In this document: piece after piece, positions 15,255 to 18,060 of the stretch
Layout: each line of letters begins with the position of its first letter
How positions within the stretch are numbered: position 1 is the stretch's first letter
Assembly: GCA_038065595.1 (NCBI GenBank)
Contig: JBBTQR010000017.1
Span: 1 to 18,060, forward strand
Reading direction: 5' to 3'
DNA length: 18,060 bases
From: Patescibacteria group bacterium
GTDB taxonomy: Bacteria > Patescibacteriota > Minisyncoccia > Sungbacterales > JBBTQR01
Made by a program: the position numbers and the translations under genes
The notes under the pieces: model-generated
What the model was told of the DNA's origin: nothing
What the model saw: the letters and a program-made list of their open reading frames with translations, nothing else
Databases searched by the model: none

Positions 15255-15345
15255 GTAACTTAGGTTACATCGTTCTTTCATCTCGGGGCTTCGGTCCCAC
15301 ATTTTCTCTTCTTGGGGTTTGCTACGGCAAACCCTTTTTATTTTA
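15255..15345 (+). ncRNA. Candidate ~90-nt small RNA (three hairpins including a C(UUCG)G tetraloop, with an intrinsic terminator)
   Basis: On the + strand the first hairpin is gtaac-ttag-gttac (15257-15270). The second is gggGC-UUCG-GUccc (a 5-bp stem with a G-U wobble and a UUCG tetraloop). The third is the terminator ggggtttgc-tacg-gcaaaccc followed by TTTTTATTTT (15314-15345). A weak upstream promoter reads TTGCGT-N16-TAGACT (15220-15247). There is no ORF, and it is antisense to the flanking minus-strand genes. Confidence 0.35.
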
Positions 15346-15784
15346 ACTAGACTAGATATGATCATTTCTCACGATAGAACAAAAACCGCCAAATGCGTGT
15401 GCACATTACCTTCCGGTTCCACATGGACCACGGCATTGCTTGCGTCAATTGTCGGAGAACGATGAGTTGTTTTTGGAGTAGAACGAATTCCCAAGCTTGT
15501 TACATTTGGAGCAAAAAATCTTAATACATATAAATAGGCGTATACATTCGCGCATTCTAAAATTCTTATGGCGGGACCGACACTCAGACTTCCCCAAGAA
15601 GCTCCATTCAATAAAATTCTCGTTTCAGCGGCCGCCGATACTATGTTAAAAGGTCTGGTTCTACAATTAAAAATCGGGGGGCACTTGTCATCCCGATACA
15701 AAACCAAATCTGGAAAATAAAAAAAACCGCAAACGAAAAATTAAATATAGAAAAATTCGACGGGTTTGCGTTTGTTCCACTTGT

Positions 15785-15821
15785 TTAAAAAATCCCCAAT
15801 TCGCGATATCGCGAATTGGGG
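15785..15821 (-). terminator. Rho-independent terminator of the flotillin-like gene
   Basis: A 28-nt perfect palindrome ccccaattcgcgat|atcgcgaattgggg (15793-15820). On the minus strand it is followed by ATTTTTTAAAC, and it lies 36 nt after the stop at 15857. Confidence 0.75.
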
Positions 15822-15856
15822 GCTCTGCTCATTTATAGAGCGTTTCTCCTTCTGCT

Positions 15857-17830
15857 TTAAATTTTCTTTGTAGCGCCCTCCTTTGTTTCCAGTGATAAAG
15901 GCTCGGAAGGTTCGCTCGTTTTTGCGCCATCTTTCGTTCCACGCGCTAAATCCTTCAGCATCGGAATCAGGAGAGCGAATGGAGACGCAGACGATCCGTT
16001 TCCGCTTCCGGCTACATACGCTTCCGGAACAATCGGATGCTTACTTTCTGCAAGTTTGGCAATAGCTTGAATTACCATAGCGTTCTCTTGGCCAAGAGCT
16101 CCAGCGAGGGCTTGCAAAGTTTTTTCTATATACTCTGCTTCGCCAAGAGCCTCTTTTTTCCGCGCCGTTGCCATATCTTCCCGAATCTGAATTTCTGTTT
16201 GCGCGTTGACAACGTCCTTTTTCCTATTGGCCCGCGCAGTTGCCTCCTCCTTTTCAGCGCGTTTTTCTTCTGCCTCCTTTTCTACCTTAAGCGTTTCCTT
16301 GCTCGCTTCAGCGATGGTGCGATTTTTCCGCACAGTCATATATTCAGAATCGCCAATTACTTCTTGGATGATGATATCTTCAAGCTCAACGCTAAATAGC
16401 ATTAGCTCTTTTCTCATTTCGTCTTTAAGCTTGGCGCGAAAAGTCTCTTGATTATCAAGAAGATCTTCGGCGTTACTATCGCGAACAGCCTTTGTGGCAA
16501 ATCCAAGCATTCGCGCTGCCATAAAATCCTTGATAAACCCATGCATTGAACCAAAACTCGCAATAACCATTGACGCTGACTCACTCGGAACAACGGCAAG
16601 GGCATCAACATCAAGGGTCATTGAAATATTATTTTTTGAAAGCGCTGTGATGCTTTTCAATTCTTTATCAAGTCCGTGATCCGAACTTCTATTTGGACTG
16701 AAAAAAAGCGTCAAAAGATTCGTCTGCGCTCTATGAATTTGCAAGACCTCAGTATTGATAAGATACTGCCCCTGCGAAAGAGCGTTGTACCACACCCCGT
16801 GATGTCCCGGGCGAACGATTGCTCCATATTTGAAGACGGCGTCTGTAATGTCAAAAGCAGGAAGTCCTAAGCCAGCACTTATGACAAGCGCTTCTCCGGG
16901 AGCAACCGTGACGATGTCAACTATTTTAACCGAGAAAAGCTTTTTGTTGATTGCATAATTTCCTGACGCAAGTGGATAAAACTGCGGTCCCATTTTTCCG
17001 CCATTCTCAAAGAATGCTGCGGGATTCTGGAAATTTTCATGCAGATTATTATTTGACCGCAAGACATATTCCAAAAGTTTTTGACCAAGTTCATGCTCTT
17101 TGTCTTTTCTCGTATCCCATAATTCGGTTTTCAGAATTTTTGGATTATCAAGTTCAGCTTCTTTTCGCGCGACATCCCCAAACTCTCCAATACGACACGC
17201 AACAGCATCAGGTGGAAGCGGAGACCCGTCCAAACAGGTAACAATTCCCATTTTCTGATTTGAAATCGTTGTAAGTTCAAAATCCTCTTTTGTAAATCCA
17301 AAATCCTTATACGAAAGAGTTCTCGCAACTTGTTTTTCAACAAGATCAAGATCCGACATAACGCCGAAAACTTTTGCAAGCGTTGCAATGGTAAATCCAA
17401 CTGGATGAATCGGAAGGAATGTTCCCGGAGGCAGAACGAGTCGCTGAATACCCTTTTGACCGTTCTCAAGAATAAATTTTCTAATATCCTCAAACCGTCC
17501 GTACACCTCTTTATATTCAGCGGTCTTCTGCCCGGGTCTTAATCCGTGTCCAACATTCGCAATCACATACCCGATCTTATCTCCTTCAACGCGAGCCCAC
17601 GGATGGATTTCGTGCCGATAGAAAATTGGATCGGCGTAGCGCCACCCTGACATTTTGAGAGTCGGCTGATATCCCGCCTCATTTCGAAATGCGACAGGAT
17701 CACGCGTTGCGCCATTGAACGAAAACCGTTTATACAGAATACCAATATGATGCGCCGGAACCTCAAAGATTCCGAACCATATATACACGCCCGCGACTAC
17801 GATCGCTAAAAATCCTAAAAAGATTTCCAT
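15857..17830 (-). CDS. Flotillin-like SPFH/Band-7 domain membrane protein (long form)
   Basis: 657 aa with a good SD (GGAAGGGGGATTCAG-ATG). It has an N-terminal TM helix and a central SPFH-like region. The C-terminal E/A/K-rich heptad region (KEAEEKRAEKEEATARANRKK…ARKKEALGEAEY) is typical of flotillin (FloT/YuaG-like) coiled-coil 'flotillin repeats'. The Ser/Gly-rich tail may be disordered. Confidence 0.6.
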   Translation of the reverse strand: MEIFLGFLAIVVAGVYIWFGIFEVPAHHIGILYKRFSFNGATRDPVAFRNEAGYQPTLKMSGWRYADPIFYRHEIHPWARVEGDKIGYVIANVGHGLRPGQKTAEYKEVYGRFEDIRKFILENGQKGIQRLVLPPGTFLPIHPVGFTIATLAKVFGVMSDLDLVEKQVARTLSYKDFGFTKEDFELTTISNQKMGIVTCLDGSPLPPDAVACRIGEFGDVARKEAELDNPKILKTELWDTRKDKEHELGQKLLEYVLRSNNNLHENFQNPAAFFENGGKMGPQFYPLASGNYAINKKLFSVKIVDIVTVAPGEALVISAGLGLPAFDITDAVFKYGAIVRPGHHGVWYNALSQGQYLINTEVLQIHRAQTNLLTLFFSPNRSSDHGLDKELKSITALSKNNISMTLDVDALAVVPSESASMVIASFGSMHGFIKDFMAARMLGFATKAVRDSNAEDLLDNQETFRAKLKDEMRKELMLFSVELEDIIIQEVIGDSEYMTVRKNRTIAEASKETLKVEKEAEEKRAEKEEATARANRKKDVVNAQTEIQIREDMATARKKEALGEAEYIEKTLQALAGALGQENAMVIQAIAKLAESKHPIVPEAYVAGSGNGSSASPFALLIPMLKDLARGTKDGAKTSEPSEPLSLETKEGATKKI

Positions 17831-18060
17831 CTGAATCCCCCTTCCAATATGGTTGATTTAATTAGAAAAAATTGATTTTCAATGTTCAATTTGAGAGCTT
17901 ATATTGTACTATATTATTTATATTTTGTAAAGCATGCAAAAGGCGACTTCAACAATCTTTACATGGTATGAATTATTCGCTATTCTAAAACATAGTTTTG
18001 TTATGCTTTATTACGGCTAGCGATGAGCGAAATGAAGCCAGCAAGGATTCATTTCGTCAG

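Noticed and set aside
15369-15707. A 112-aa minus-strand ORF inside the non-coding island.
   Set aside because: Its amino-acid composition (R/S/P/T/H-rich, few K/E/I) is unlike every credible protein in this window. It has no SD and no recognisable motif. The region looks like structured RNA or decayed DNA rather than coding sequence.
15755-15764. A 10-nt match, ATTCGACGGG followed by TTTGCG, to the conserved 5' region of tmRNA (GGAUUCGACGGG.UUUGCG).
   Set aside because: There is no upstream GGGG acceptor stem and no T-arm/CCA 3' end (GGUUCGAUUCC-like) anywhere nearby on either strand. The sequence runs straight into the palindromic terminator of the flotillin gene. It is probably a chance match, and only a covariance-model search could rescue it.
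18023-18060. An ATG at 18023 (MSEMKPARIHFV…) running off the right edge of the window.
   Set aside because: Only 12 codons are visible with no SD, so it cannot be supported from this window alone.
1-18060. CRISPR arrays, tRNA or rRNA genes.
   Set aside because: No regularly spaced direct repeats were found, and no cloverleaf or T-loop (GGTTCGAATCC-like) signatures on either strand. Apart from the single 33-nt pair, the only repeat-like elements are terminator hairpins.

Overview
This 18 kb window is low-GC and gene-dense. Lysine- and isoleucine-rich proteins and an MFP–ATPase–FtsX transporter suggest a small-genome, possibly CPR/Patescibacteria-like bacterium, but that is inference. Almost all genes are on the minus strand. 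Left to right the content is as follows. (1) A 5'-truncated IS30-family transposase remnant ending in a bidirectional terminator. (2) A minus-strand oxidative-damage/nucleotide-sanitation operon: MTH1-like Nudix, a membrane-anchored tRNA-binding-domain protein, MazG-like, Bcp peroxiredoxin and a YggU/DUF167 protein. (3) A plus-strand pair of small Cys-rich zinc-ribbon proteins with their own promoter and terminator. (4) A MacAB-like tripartite efflux operon (MFP, ABC ATPase, FtsX permease) preceded by an SGNH hydrolase. (5) A plus-strand two-gene unit encoding a 40-aa hydrophobic peptide and a 75-aa Cys-containing membrane protein. (6) An orphan PilB/GspE-type ATPase with small membrane proteins. 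(7) An ECF sigma factor – membrane anti-sigma – secreted beta-repeat protein – C39-like peptidase cluster. (8) An ~800 bp ORF-free island of higher GC, rich in hairpins, that may hold one or more small RNAs. (9) A long flotillin/SPFH-like protein. The most unusual observation is a perfect 33-nt sequence shared between the small-peptide gene and the translation-initiation region of the ECF sigma gene. The two transcripts would be exactly complementary over nt -9 to +24 of the sigma start, which suggests antisense control or a duplication junction. An ECF-type promoter (TGTAAG-N16-CGTC) precedes the secreted repeat protein. Several genes have TATAAT-like boxes immediately upstream of the ATG and no SD, suggesting short-leader or leaderless mRNAs.
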